DNA of 64,000 nt from Cladosporium halotolerans (Eukaryota). The stretch spans positions 992,001 through 1,056,000 of the forward strand of contig NW_027191452.1 of NCBI RefSeq assembly GCF_011745625.1, in the 5' to 3' direction. The notes below the pieces were generated by a model. It ran no database searches, was not told where the DNA came from, and was given only the letters and a program-made list of their open reading frames with translations. Below, in pieces: positions 36,394 to 47,878 of this stretch. Position 1 is the first letter of the stretch. Every line of letters begins with the position of its first letter. Made by a program: the position numbers and the translations under genes.

Positions 36394-38375
36394 GACGAGG
36401 GATGTGGGCGGTGTTTTGTGAGGAGTCGGGCCGCAGACCAAGCAGGGTTGTTTGGGTCGAGGAATGTGCCGGGGTCCAGAAGGATCGGGCTGCAGTGATG
36501 GCCAGCAACACTGAGCGACGCAGTCGGCGGGGGAATGAAGCGCAGTCGTAGGGTCGGGTTTGGTCGCAGAAAGGGGAGGGAGGGTGCAGCAGGGCGTGGA
36601 GGAGGGCGAATGGCAGACGGCAGGCGTCGCTGAGGCCGAATGGGATTGCAGGTGAGGGCAGAGGGTGCGAGGGCGGCGTGGACAGGCACTGACAGGCGAG
36701 ACAGGCAGACCCTGGGCGGGCGTGTGGAGACGGCGGCGCTGTAGGGCGGGCGATCGTCCCAAGCGCAGATGCAGATCGCACGCAGGTGTTTGCGGCGGGC
36801 GGCGGGATTGGTGCTTTGCTGGGGAGGACGAGAGGAGGGAGGCTGCACGCAGGGAGTGTTCGTGGATATAGCAAGCAGGCAATGCTCCTTCAGGCATCCG
36901 GCCAGGCAGTCCAGGCGACTGGCGGCCGAGGCGTTCTAGAGCCACCTGCACGCGCTCGCCGGCGCGGTGGGGCGATGGAAGACATGTGGCCTGCACCGCG
37001 GCGTAACGCACCCTCCTCTCCACGCCTGACTCGCCGTTTGCCTCGCAAAACGCGCCAGCCTCGTCTCGCCCGAGAATAGCTGCCGTCCTGCAATCATTCG
37101 AGCCATGCCTTGACCACACCTGGGCAGAGACTCCCCCTAACCGTGCACAGCATCGCCACAACAGACTTCATCTCCCATCCTTAACGACCGCACCGCAAAG
37201 ATCATCCACGCGCAGGTGACCACGGGCTCAGGCGGAGCATTCCCCAGAGAATCCACACGGGGACGGCGAGCGCTGCAGGAACCGCGTCTGCTGCGGGCCA
37301 CAACGGCGCCGCTCATCCACCCATCCATCGACCGGCAGCGCCTCCACTCGGCGCCACGCGCCTAAAGCGGCTGCATGGCCTCGTATGCAAACCATCTCTG
37401 CCCGGTGCCGGTTGCGGTCAATAATGCAGGTGCAACGCAACCCACATGCCGCCGTCAACAATGCCGGCGCGCTCAGCCTGTCAGCCGTCTTATTACCTGC
37501 ATTTGTGTCGCCAGATCTCAGCCTGCGGACGACCGTGACGTGACGTATGCTGAAATAACATCATGATAAACCAACGGCGTCGCCGCATCTCAAAACCGCC
37601 ACCAACGCTCGCCGATTACACTCTCCACGCGAAGCGTAAGCAAGCGGCAAACGCCTATAGCAATCTCTCCGCTATACCTACCTACGCCCCCGCGCGGCCG
37701 CTCGAAAGCGCAGCGATCTGCGACCGCCGTCGTGTAACCCGCTCCCCATAGGCTGCTTGCACACCTCACGGTCAGTGATCACTTCCTTGGCACGGCCTAC
37801 AACACCGACAGTCCGCCCTCGTGAACACCGCGCATGAACAGACACCCGACGGCAGGACTTCCTGTCTTCAGCCCTCGCGGCCGTGTCTCAGTCCGCCGGA
37901 GCACATGCTTCCCGGGCGCTGCCGCCGGCGGACGCGCAACCAGCAGCGTGAAAAGTCTGAATCGTGGGATGCGCTTCTTTGTCCCAACGGACGGGAGAGA
38001 GGGATGGAGCGGCTATTCGCGTTGCACAAGCTGCTTGCGTAAGGTACCTTGCCTGGCGTCTTTCGCAGCGCGGGACGGAGGGAGCCGGGTTTGCGTTTTC
38101 GCGACGATGATCGGCGTTCTGCACGACTTGTAGCGTGCCAGAGGGCGCGAGCGGTGAAGATGGGAGTTTGTATGGATACTTTGGGACTCGGGCGGAGTCT
38201 AAATCTCACGTGAAGACTGAGAGCGCGTTTTGCGAGATTGCAATTGTTCTCCAATGGCTGGGTGTTCTGTGCTATGGCTTCACACACTTCGTATTCAATT
38301 GACTTCACTTCTCCCAAAAGTCCACGCTCTACCCAGCAGCTGTCCGCCGACACCTCGTGATCGAGCGGGCTTCGC

Positions 38376-40469
38376 TCACTCCTCCAAAAACTCCACGCTC
38401 GAGTCGGCGCCGTCCGCCTCGTCGTCCCCGTCGTCCGCCCCGTCCAACCCGCCGACCGTCTTCCCTCCCCCTCCCAACCCCCCCACAGGCGCCTTCGGCA
38501 CCTCGTCCTCGAAAACCCACCCCTTCGCCTTCATGTCCCGCCACTTCCACGCGACCTTCAGCCGCAGCAGGTCGCCCGTCGCGACCGCGTCCTCGAGCGA
38601 GTCGTGGCCGCGGTCGCCGCCGGCCTGCACGTCGCGCTCGAGGTGCTTCTTCGCGAGGGCCTTGAGCCCGTTGCGGAAGGGCAGGCCGCGCGGGTGCGGG
38701 AACAGCAGGATCGTGTCGACGATGGCCGGGTGGCAGAGGCGCGTGGCGTTCAGGTCGTTCTCGATCGCGTGCCCGACCAGCGGCGTCGAGGGCGTGAGGT
38801 AGGCGCACAGCAGGGCGCGGGCGTCGGCGGGGGAGTCGACGATGGGCAGCGCTCCTGCGCGGGCGGACGCCGGGTCCCAGGCGGCGTGCGGGATGGCGGC
38901 TGCGAAGTGCTCGGGCCAGACGCCGGAGAAGCGGCTGTTGAGGTCGATGATTGTGCCGAGCGGGCGGACGAGGACGTCGAGCAGCGGCTCGTGGTCCGGC
39001 CAGCTGACGGCCGTCAGGCGGATGAGCTCGAAGCCGAAGGCGGTGTGGGCCATTTCGCAGTCGAAGCCGACGGCGCCGGGGACTCTGCCGTTGCGGTCTT
39101 TGGCTGGGCTGGGGTTGTCTGGGGTGGTGATGAAGGGGAGGACTGCGGCGAGGCGGGCTGGGCTGGTGGGTTTGAAGACGTGGTCCTCGGAGCTGGTGCA
39201 GCCTGGGGCGCCCACTTGCTCCATACAGCAAGGATAGTAAGGTTGGGTGCCGCCTGTGTAGTGGTCTGTTTTCTGTTTTGGAGGGAAGATTCTCTTGCTG
39301 GGGTGGTGCTTGCAAGGTCCGTTGGTTGTGAGCTTGCCCTCCTCGTTGCGGTCTGGGAAGACGCGGAAACGGGTGCCACAACGACTACATTCTTCGTAGT
39401 TCATGCTCATCTCGACCGCCTTGGCGGCTTCCTCAGCCTCTGCAGCAGCAGGTGGTACTGGGATGTACCCGTACTCAGCGAGTTTGCTTTGGTCGGAAAC
39501 AACAAGGAGCTGCGCAACTTGAACCTCTTGGGCAGAGGTGAGGCCTGTAATGATCGTCCTCCCCTCTTTCTTGGCCTGCGGTTTCGGGGCATTGTTGAAG
39601 AACGAATCCTTGACAATGCTGAGAAAAGCCTCCACCTTCATCTTACGGTATGCCGCGATGCGATTCTTAATGACGTTCGGGTACACTTTAGGCTGTTGGC
39701 GAGCCGCTTTCTCTTCTTCATCCAAAGCCAATTTGATGACCTCCTGATCACTAAGCGCATACATCTGCAATCGACCCGGTGGCACATTTTGAATCTGCTG
39801 AGTGCTTGATTTGAGCTCCTCGTTCAAGCGTACCATGTCTTTGTGGAGATGCTGAATGAAGACTGCACGCTTGGCGTGGGATTCAGGCGCGTTCGGCAAC
39901 ATTCGCGGATTCAATGATTCTTTCTTTTCAGGCGAAGCCTTTTTCAGCTCTGCGAGAGGGGTTGATGGGCTGTCGTTTGTGTTTGCTTCTTTCGGGGTTG
40001 GCTTCGCTCCAGCTCTCGGTGGCGGCGAGACTGGTCTGGAAAGGCTGGTGGGTGCATGCACCTTCGTTGCCTCCGGAGTCGCTGCTGCTTCGATGGAAGA
40101 CGACAGCGGCGAGCTCTTCGGTTCGCTTTTGCGAGACCTCTCTGCTTCCAGGTCCTCCTTGATCTTCTCGGCGCGGCTCAGTGGCTTGTCCGCTAGAGTC
40201 TCGTACGTGACTCGACGACGCTTTGCAACCGGCTCGGTGAGCCTGTCTGAGGACGCCTGTGGCTGAGTACGATCCCCGTCGGTTGCTCCATTCGATCCTG
40301 AGAGTGGCTTCTCTGGATTTGTGGTTGGAGTCAAAGTCGCTGCAGGCGTTGCCGATGTTTCGGCTGCTTGCAGCGCGGGCTCATGCCCAAAAATGCAGTT
40401 TGTGAGTTTGCATTGATCGCCTGCAGGGCAAGGCATGCTCTTGAAGAAAGTCGTGGTGGTGAATACCAT
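38376..40469 (-). CDS. REX3: RNA exonuclease 3 (DEDDh 3'-5' exonuclease with N-terminal CCCH-like finger)
   Basis: CPAGDQCKLTNCIFGH, CSRCGTRF..CKHHP..YPCC..GC..HVFK, then catalytic FDCEM, GHAIENDL and GHDSLEDA. Confidence 0.92.
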   Translation of the reverse strand: MVFTTTTFFKSMPCPAGDQCKLTNCIFGHEPALQAAETSATPAATLTPTTNPEKPLSGSNGATDGDRTQPQASSDRLTEPVAKRRRVTYETLADKPLSRAEKIKEDLEAERSRKSEPKSSPLSSSIEAAATPEATKVHAPTSLSRPVSPPPRAGAKPTPKEANTNDSPSTPLAELKKASPEKKESLNPRMLPNAPESHAKRAVFIQHLHKDMVRLNEELKSSTQQIQNVPPGRLQMYALSDQEVIKLALDEEEKAARQQPKVYPNVIKNRIAAYRKMKVEAFLSIVKDSFFNNAPKPQAKKEGRTIITGLTSAQEVQVAQLLVVSDQSKLAEYGYIPVPPAAAEAEEAAKAVEMSMNYEECSRCGTRFRVFPDRNEEGKLTTNGPCKHHPSKRIFPPKQKTDHYTGGTQPYYPCCMEQVGAPGCTSSEDHVFKPTSPARLAAVLPFITTPDNPSPAKDRNGRVPGAVGFDCEMAHTAFGFELIRLTAVSWPDHEPLLDVLVRPLGTIIDLNSRFSGVWPEHFAAAIPHAAWDPASARAGALPIVDSPADARALLCAYLTPSTPLVGHAIENDLNATRLCHPAIVDTILLFPHPRGLPFRNGLKALAKKHLERDVQAGGDRGHDSLEDAVATGDLLRLKVAWKWRDMKAKGWVFEDEVPKAPVGGLGGGGKTVGGLDGADDGDDEADGADSSVEFLEE

Positions 40470-41160
40470 GGTTGAAATGTTGATTGCGAACGCCTAGTGC
40501 GAGCACTTTGGTGAACAGGAGAGGGTGAGGGTGAGGGTGAGCTTGAGCTTTTGTTGTGGTGACAACCGACGCGCAGGCTTCACTTTCGAAAATGGCAGGC
40601 GCGACCTTAATCGAGAGTCATGGCACGATTTCACATGTCCAGGATAGATTTGCGGCCAGCTGCTCAAGCCGTGAGTGGCACGCTTGCAATCCTTATTCCA
40701 ATTGTTTTTGCACGTATTCGTGCAGCCAGCCGACCAGCTGACAGATCCGAACGATAGACCGTGGAAGGCCAGGCAAACGACCAAAACTCCGTATTGAATC
40801 GCCAGTCGATGGATTTGACCACGGAGTAGCTAAATACTGGCGTCACAAAACAAAGGCACGTGAAAGGGTCAGGCACTTGGCTAGCGGGAATGCGGTTCCT
40901 TGCATGCATCCACCGATGCCCCGGACCGGATCTTCGCGAAGGCGTTGACCCGCTCGCCGACCGCAGCCCTCGCGCTTGATTCCCTTCTGGCTCGTTGATG
41001 GCGTCATCTGGCCGGACTGCGAGATTCCCTATCGCTAACTCCGTCCGCCGCTAGGCTGCGACAAAATCTCCCACCTGCTATCATGACAGCCATATTACAG
41101 CAGCCTTCCGCGCAATTGCATCTGCCTCTAGCATATCATACACCCCTGCGATAGTCCACT

Positions 41161-42489
41161 ATGGAGACTGGCGACGCGACCAAGGCCGAGCATCTTTGTG
41201 TGCTGGTCCACGGCTTATGGGGCAAGCCATTACATCTCAACCACCTCAAGGATACACTTCTCGAGCATCACTCGGATGGCCGACTGTACGTCTTGGTGCC
41301 GCACAGCAATGCCGAATATCTCACCTACGACGGAATCGAGCTTGGAGCCGAGCGCATCACGAACGAGATAGAGCAGAAAGTCGAGGAGCTGGAGAAATCA
41401 GGCGCGAAGCTAGGCAGGATCAGCATCGTTGGATATTCTTTGGGAGGGTTGATTGCGCGCTATGCGGTTGGCCTGCTATACAAGAACGGCCTCTTCGATA
41501 AGTTGCAGCCCACGAACTTCACGACCTTTGCCACACCACATTTGGGAGTCCGGTCGCCTACAATAGGATACGGCGGAAACATATGGAACACGCTGGGCGC
41601 AAAGACTTTGAGCACGAGTGGCGCGCAGATGTTCCTTGCAGATTCGTTTCGCGATACCGGAAAGCCGCTCCTGAGCGTGCTTGCAGAGCCCAGCAGCATA
41701 TTCCTTCAGGGCTTGCGAATGTTCAAGAACAAGTCAATCTATGCGAACACGATCAATGACCGGAGCGTGCCCTTCTACACTGCTGGAATCAGTAGAGTCG
41801 ACCCGTTTGTTGATCTGGATGCCATTGACTTGCACTACCAGTCAGGGCAAGAGCCCGAGAAGCAAGTCATTCTGGAGCCCTCGAAACCTGTCACCCCACG
41901 GCAAAGCGCAGAAGCTACTCGCTCGCTTTACGAGCGTATATCAGCGGCATCCAGCAGTGTCCCCTTCTACGCGGCTATCACGCTTCTTCTTCCCATTGGC
42001 GCTACTTTCTTCCTTCTGAACTCGGGAGTGCAAACGTATAGATCTGCACAGCGCGTTCGCATGCACGAAGAAGGTCAATCCGGCTTCAAAATCGACCGTT
42101 ATCGAATGCCGCTACTCGAGAACGCGCAAGCAATGCAAGATCGCATGTACAGGAGCCTGAGCGAGCAGAAGGAGCAATATCTCCCCACACCCCCTCCCGA
42201 GCCTTCTTCAGACCCGGCTTCCTCTTCCTCCTCAACTGTCATGACAGAAGGCAAAGAGCTGGCTCGCGAGGAATCAAAGAAAGAGGGTTCGCCGTTTCCC
42301 ATCTTGGCCTTGACGCCCGAGCAATTCGCCATGATCGACAACTTGAATGATGTGGGCCTGACAAAGTATCCCGTGCACATCAAGAATGTCCGGCATACTC
42401 ATGCCGCGATCGTGGTACGCACTGCTAGGGAATCGTTCTGGGAAGGCAAGCTGGTTTCGGCGCATTGGGCGAGTAACTTTGAGTTATGA
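41161..42489 (+). CDS. DUF676 putative serine esterase/lipase (Rog1/Lpl1 family)
   Basis: HLCVLVHGLWG, GYSLGG nucleophile elbow, FATPHLGV, YANTINDRSV, HTHAAIVVR, plus one internal hydrophobic segment. Confidence 0.9.
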   Translation: METGDATKAEHLCVLVHGLWGKPLHLNHLKDTLLEHHSDGRLYVLVPHSNAEYLTYDGIELGAERITNEIEQKVEELEKSGAKLGRISIVGYSLGGLIARYAVGLLYKNGLFDKLQPTNFTTFATPHLGVRSPTIGYGGNIWNTLGAKTLSTSGAQMFLADSFRDTGKPLLSVLAEPSSIFLQGLRMFKNKSIYANTINDRSVPFYTAGISRVDPFVDLDAIDLHYQSGQEPEKQVILEPSKPVTPRQSAEATRSLYERISAASSSVPFYAAITLLLPIGATFFLLNSGVQTYRSAQRVRMHEEGQSGFKIDRYRMPLLENAQAMQDRMYRSLSEQKEQYLPTPPPEPSSDPASSSSSTVMTEGKELAREESKKEGSPFPILALTPEQFAMIDNLNDVGLTKYPVHIKNVRHTHAAIVVRTARESFWEGKLVSAHWASNFEL

Positions 42490-42892
42490 GGTGTTTTTTA
42501 TTTGGTTCGTTTGATTTACAGCGTCAGCGTGGTGCACAGGACAATATTTTTGGCCAGAATTGCTTCATGTGGTAGAGGTCATCTAGCGAAGGTGTTACAA
42601 TAGGATCTGCATGGACATTTTCAGAAAAGCCAACTTTGATCAGACCTCCATGTCACACCAAGATAAAGAAATGCGCCCTATGAACATTTGTGGAGAAAAG
42701 ACCAAGATCAAGATCAAGCTAGTGTACTGTCATGCTCTGTATTTTACAATATGGAACGCTATCACATGAATTGAAGCCGCCCATCAAGGTTTGCCCCGCC
42801 AAACGTGGGCAAGGGATCAGTGACGTCCCTCCACTTTGAAGCAGCAGCCGCCTCGAATCTCTTAACATACACGAAACAACAACACTCGCAAA

Positions 42893-44173
42893 ATGCCTTC
42901 CGCAACACCCATCCCCGATTCGGCCATTCCAGCAAATCCTCCCGACCTCTCAAAACAGCTACCTAAACTCACACCGCGCCGCCGCCCACAAGTCGAACAG
43001 AAACCTTCAAATCCGCCGCCTCCCACTCCTACGTTGCCTGCTGCACCGAGTCTCAACAACCATGCATTCGCTGCACCCTCACGGCGCATTCTCTCAGAGG
43101 AAGACCACAAGACGTTCCTCGAGTCCGACACGCACAACTTGATCGTCAGCTTTGTCTTCACCCTGTCCGACTCCGTCCGCCAAAAGACCGTAAGCGACGT
43201 CAAGAAGTCAGATGCAGCGCAGGATGCTACAATACTCGCGCTCTTAGCAGTCCTAGACGATGCCGATGAATTGCTCAAGCAATGTCCTCCCCTGGATACT
43301 GGATCGCGGTTCGGCAACCCCGTTTTCAGGACATTCCTTTCAGAGGTGGAGAAGAAGCAAGGAACATGGCACGAGAAGGTCGGTGTGAAAGACGCGTCGG
43401 CGGTCGCAGAACTCTCAACATACCTGTCCAATTCCTTCGGCAACGGCACGCGCATAGACTACGGATCAGGCCACGAGCTGAACTTCATCCTCTGGCTCCT
43501 CTGCCTCAGACAATTGAATCTGATCCCCGACTCGGCCTTTCCGGCTCTCGCGCTCATAGTCTTCCCGCGCTACTTGAAGGTCATGCGCGACGTTCAGAGC
43601 ACGTATTACCTCGAACCGGCGGGCAGCCACGGCGTCTGGGGCCTGGACGACTACCAGTTCCTACCTTTCCTTTTCGGGGCGAGTCAGCTCGTGGATCATA
43701 AGCATATCCGACCTCTCAGCATCCACAACCAGATGATCGTGGAGGAATGCGCGAAAGACTACCTGTATTTGGATCAGATCCAATGGGTCAACGCCACCAA
43801 AACCGTGCAGGGACTTCGTTGGCATAGTCCCATGCTGGACGACATCAGCGCTGCGAAGAACTGGGGCAAGGTTGAAGCTGGTATGAGGAGGATGTTTCTC
43901 GCAGAGGTGCTAGCGAAGCTACCGGTTGCTCAGCATTTCCTGTTCGGCAGCTTGCTTCCTGCGGCGCCTGATATGAGCCAGGATGCTGAGGCTAAGGTGG
44001 GCGACGAGGATGTGGGTGAAGTGGAAGTCACGGTGGATGGCATGAAACATAAGCATAGCGCGAACAGCTGGGGCGATTGCTGTGGCATCAAAGTACCTTC
44101 TGCGATTGGTGCTAGGCAGGAGGCGAAGAAGCACGGTGAAGATGGCGGATTGAGACGCCTGCCTTTCGACTAA
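42893..44173 (+). CDS. RRD2: PP2A phosphatase activator (PTPA family), Rrd2/Ypa2 type
   Basis: SRFGNP, SFGNGTRIDYGSGHELNF, YYLEPAGSHGVWGLDDYQFLPFLFG, HSPMLDDIS, and C-terminal WGDCCGIKVPS. Confidence 0.93.
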   Translation: MPSATPIPDSAIPANPPDLSKQLPKLTPRRRPQVEQKPSNPPPPTPTLPAAPSLNNHAFAAPSRRILSEEDHKTFLESDTHNLIVSFVFTLSDSVRQKTVSDVKKSDAAQDATILALLAVLDDADELLKQCPPLDTGSRFGNPVFRTFLSEVEKKQGTWHEKVGVKDASAVAELSTYLSNSFGNGTRIDYGSGHELNFILWLLCLRQLNLIPDSAFPALALIVFPRYLKVMRDVQSTYYLEPAGSHGVWGLDDYQFLPFLFGASQLVDHKHIRPLSIHNQMIVEECAKDYLYLDQIQWVNATKTVQGLRWHSPMLDDISAAKNWGKVEAGMRRMFLAEVLAKLPVAQHFLFGSLLPAAPDMSQDAEAKVGDEDVGEVEVTVDGMKHKHSANSWGDCCGIKVPSAIGARQEAKKHGEDGGLRRLPFD

Positions 44174-44454
44174 GGGACAGGCAAGGGAATTAAGTAGCAA
44201 ACTCGTCAACTCCGGGACGTTCTGAACACATCGACAAATCGGTTCTGTAAAGTATACGCCTCACTTCAGTGACCTTGAACATGCATGAACCGATCGACCG
44301 GCCCGCCCACGTGGCGTGAGCCGCTAGCGCCTGTGATGCCACCTCTCAAGTGAATGTGCCAATGCAAGTGCATCATTGCAATGCAACCAAACACACATCC
44401 GATAACAAGCATCTCTCAACAAAAGAAATCGGATGCTAAACTAAGCTTCCGACC

Positions 44455-45318
44455 ATGGATCCCTCACAAACCCTCACCCTCAACCGCCTCCTCCAACGCC
44501 TCGACCTCAACCTCCTCTCCGCCGACGCAGACCCCAAGCTCCGCTACTCGCAATACGAGCGCAACCGCGTCGGCGTCAATATCGAGCACGCCCGCAACCT
44601 CCTCCTCACCCTCGAAAAGCAAAGCGCCTCGACCCGCGCGCAAATAGCCCAGAAGCAGCAGGTCCAAGCCGACCTGCAGCGCAAACGCGAGCTGGTCAAG
44701 AAGCTCAATGCCCGGCTACAGGAGCTCAACGAGCTGAAAGAACTGGACAGCGAGAGCGAGGAGGACGATGACGAGGAAGATGTAGCGACGCGGCCCTCAT
44801 ACGCGCCTGCGCGGCCGGATGTGGACGGTGGGTTGGATGCTGGGAGCCAGGCCGAGACCGCACCACCGGAGCCGCCGAGCCAGCAGGAGATGCGCTCTCG
44901 GAAACCGCTGTCCGCGGCGGATAATAGGAGTGCGGCTTCGACTACGGCGAGGGAGAATCTGTTCGCGGGCCGCAAGCAGCATCCGGACCTCGAGACTACG
45001 GAGGCGCTCATGTCGCACAATCGCTCTGAGCAGGACGCTTTGACGAATGGGTTGTTGGGACTTGCGAGGGCGCTGAAAGAGAGCACAGTGAACTTTGGCT
45101 CAAGTTTAGAGCAGGAGAAGGAAATCATGAAGCGGGCTGAGGGCAGTTTGGAGAAGAGCAGCGTGGGAATGGAGGCGGCGAGTCGCAGAATGGGCACATT
45201 GAGACGCATGAGTGAAGGGCAGGGCTGGTGGGGACGGGTGAAACTGTATGGGTGCATTTTCGCACTATGGGTCTTCTTGTTCCTCATCGTCTTCCTTGGG
45301 CCGAAGCTTAGATTCTGA
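44455..45318 (+). CDS. Tail-anchored ER SNARE, Use1-like
   Basis: N-terminal helical bundle, acidic linker, SNARE-like coiled coil (HNRSEQDALTNGLLGLARALKES..), and a C-terminal TM ending PKLRF. Confidence 0.8.
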   Translation: MDPSQTLTLNRLLQRLDLNLLSADADPKLRYSQYERNRVGVNIEHARNLLLTLEKQSASTRAQIAQKQQVQADLQRKRELVKKLNARLQELNELKELDSESEEDDDEEDVATRPSYAPARPDVDGGLDAGSQAETAPPEPPSQQEMRSRKPLSAADNRSAASTTARENLFAGRKQHPDLETTEALMSHNRSEQDALTNGLLGLARALKESTVNFGSSLEQEKEIMKRAEGSLEKSSVGMEAASRRMGTLRRMSEGQGWWGRVKLYGCIFALWVFLFLIVFLGPKLRF

Positions 45319-45505
45319 TCCCGTGGGAGACATCCCTCCTTAACGACTTCGAAATGATCATGACTACGTTCCTGCTGGGCGCGGCACAAAACCCGCCGGC
45401 GCATGGCAATGCTCCTCCCTACGCTTTTCCTTGCAATTTCCTTATTTTGACTCCTTGAACGCCTTCTCGCTTTATGATACTCTTCCATCTTGTCACTCAA
45501 GCTGC

Positions 45506-46468
45506 TCAAGGCTCAAACTTCGGGTTGTACTTCGCCATAGCCGCTTGGAAAGCCTCCCTCTTAGCCGTGAGATCAGTCAGAATCTCGTTCTCCTTGTCCA
45601 CGCTTTGCAGCTTCGCGTGTGTCTCACTGGCGTCCTTGCCGGCGATCGTCTCCAAGACGAACTTGTTGGCGATCGCAGTGCTGTTGTTGGGCTCCAGGGT
45701 CAGAGCCTGGTTAAGGGCAGTCTCCGCTTCCTCAATGCGGCCCATGTGGAGCTCGGAGACGGCCTGGGCGACGAGCGAGGTGGCAGCTGCGGAGGAAGGT
45801 GCCTGTGCGAGCTCTTCGAAAACGTAGAAGGATTTCTGGTAGTTCTCACCGCCCTGATTTCATGCGTTAGCTTCTCATCTCTACACCCTAGTGGGTTGGG
45901 CAGGCTATCATACCTGTCGAATACCGATCCAGCTCTCCGCCAGGTTCACCAACAGCGCATCCTGTGCAAAGCTCCTTGCGCCCTTGGCCTCCTTGACCGC
46001 AAGGTCTGTCCTGTTCTGGCTCAGGTGAATCTGCACAATCAATGCGACAGCATCGAGGCTGCCCTGGTGCTTCGCCAACAGCTGCAATGCCTGCTCCTGC
46101 TTTGCTGCCCTCGCCAAAACGGTGCCGCAAAGCAGCTGGACCGTCAGATTGTCTCCTTGCTCTTCGCTGAGCTTCTCTGCTTCCGCGACCACCTTCTCAT
46201 CCTGCGCACCCTTGCCGAGAGACGATGCATATGTCCTGACTGCTGCGAGGTCGGGGCTGCCAGATGCGTCGGCGGTGGAGATTGCGGACAGAACCTCAGA
46301 GGCTTGGCCGAGTTCACATTGTGCGCGGTACTGTAGAACCTTGACCGGAAGGCGATTGCTTTCCGAGAAGGAGCTCGGGTCGAAGTCGGAGAGGACCAGC
46401 TGGTATTGACCCTGGATGAAGGCCGTGTGGATGTTGACGAGCTCGCCGTCGGCGCTGAAAGGATCCAT
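45506..46468 (-). CDS. SEC28: Coatomer (COPI) epsilon subunit (intron 45913-45854)
   Basis: MDPFSADGELVNIHTAFIQGQY, TPR-like helices, QDALLVNLAESWIGIRQ|GGENYQKSFYVFEELA. Confidence 0.92.
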
Positions 46469-46899
46469 GATTTCAAGTGTTTCTCTTAATGATCTTCTAG
46501 TCGAATTGACCCAACAGTGTATCGGGTAGGGCTCTTAGTTGTGTCTGGCTGAAGTTGGAGGTCGCGGTTGTAGATCTATGGACCCAACAGGTGGTCCCTG
46601 GGGAGACTTGGCATTTCCGCTCGGCTTCAAGACGAGGACGCTCGTGACGACGTCCTTGGATAGCAACTCCATCGAGATCAGAAACGCCTGCGCTGCTTCC
46701 ACTCAACATGATGACAACATCTTTTCTTGTGCCATTGAGACTGATCGTCAGCAATGGCCAGATCGTCTGTGAATCCGTTAGTGCTAAGGTCTCGTCGGTA
46801 GTGGAAGCACGACCTACTTCCCGTGATAGAGACATACGCACCATTTGCATTGTCTTCAAACCTGGGATCTCGGACACTGAGGTCTGACGATCATAATGC

Positions 46900-47202
46900 C
46901 TAGATTTTGATCGTGCTGCTATCCTCCACTCCCTCCTCACTCGTCCTGCACTTCCGTAGAGAGCTCGCCTTCTTCGGCATCGTCTTCTGCCACGGCCGCA
47001 TGTCTTGAAATGCTCGCGGCTTCCAGGTGTTGGCGCCTTTGAACATGCGGTCGGGTACCGCCACAAGCCAGGCGCCCATTGAGTCGAGAGCCTCGATGTC
47101 TCGCTCGTTGTAGAGGCGGATGATGTGGCTGGCATCACCCTTTCTCGTCTTAATCTTGACAGAGTACTTCTTCGAGATCTTGCGGGACTTCTTCTTCGCC
47201 AT
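46900..47202 (-). CDS. Possible orphan Lys-rich small protein (100 aa, MAKKKSRKISKKYSVKIK..)
   Basis: ATG in a good context (GCAATGG) after a C/A-rich leader, with coding-like composition. No family recognised. Confidence 0.35.
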   Translation of the reverse strand: MAKKKSRKISKKYSVKIKTRKGDASHIIRLYNERDIEALDSMGAWLVAVPDRMFKGANTWKPRAFQDMRPWQKTMPKKASSLRKCRTSEEGVEDSSTIKI

Positions 47203-47878
47203 TGCGATTGAGGGTGCTGTGTATGATGGTGATGGTATTTGCGTAGCTTTGGAGTGTTGGTTTGGAGAGGCGATGGTGGTAGGTAATGACAACGAGGCCG
47301 AGGAAATCTGTAGGGGCTATATGGCCTACTAACAATACTATTGGAAATTACAATACGACAATAGGATGCCTTTTCCGAAACACGGAGTCGGGGCATGCGT
47401 TTCAGGTGCAGAAGACTAAGTGAATAGCATGTGAGTAGAAGCTCTGATGCGCGCCAATCAGCTACCACGAATCGTCGAGCCTTCAACGAGCAAGGGCCTC
47501 AAAGTGACGTCGTGAGAACACCCGTGTCACTCCTAACATGGAGCCATTGAGAAGGGTACGTTGCAAATCGCCACTCAGACAAGTACGCTGGTGTCCGGGG
47601 CCAGGCTTATTCCCAAAAGGGCGGTTCCTCGAATAGAAGCCCGCTATTTTAGGCCTTGTGAGATACCGTATGCGCATGCTGAAAGGATTGGAGAACTTCG
47701 TTCGAGAAAGATAAAGTATGTTGGTACTCTAATGGGGAACTTGCAATCTGCATGCTAAATGTATCGAAAGAAAATCAATCCCTCTTGGAACGTTCCCGAT
47801 ATGCCAACCCCATTATGGTTCCCCAAGTATTCCGAACTCCGACGCAAATGCGAAAGGCATCTCAAAAGCAGGCCGGCA

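Noticed and set aside
36394..37161. N-terminal 256 aa of the 632-aa ORF
   Set aside because: Low-complexity, C-rich 5' UTR/promoter-like sequence in front of a more plausible ATG.
38604..39809. Long antisense ORFs (401 aa here; also 31567-32409, 27521-28465, 28538-29443, 19740-20612, 44544-45509, 45431-46336)
   Set aside because: Shadow ORFs opposite well-supported genes with high GC3. No independent motifs.
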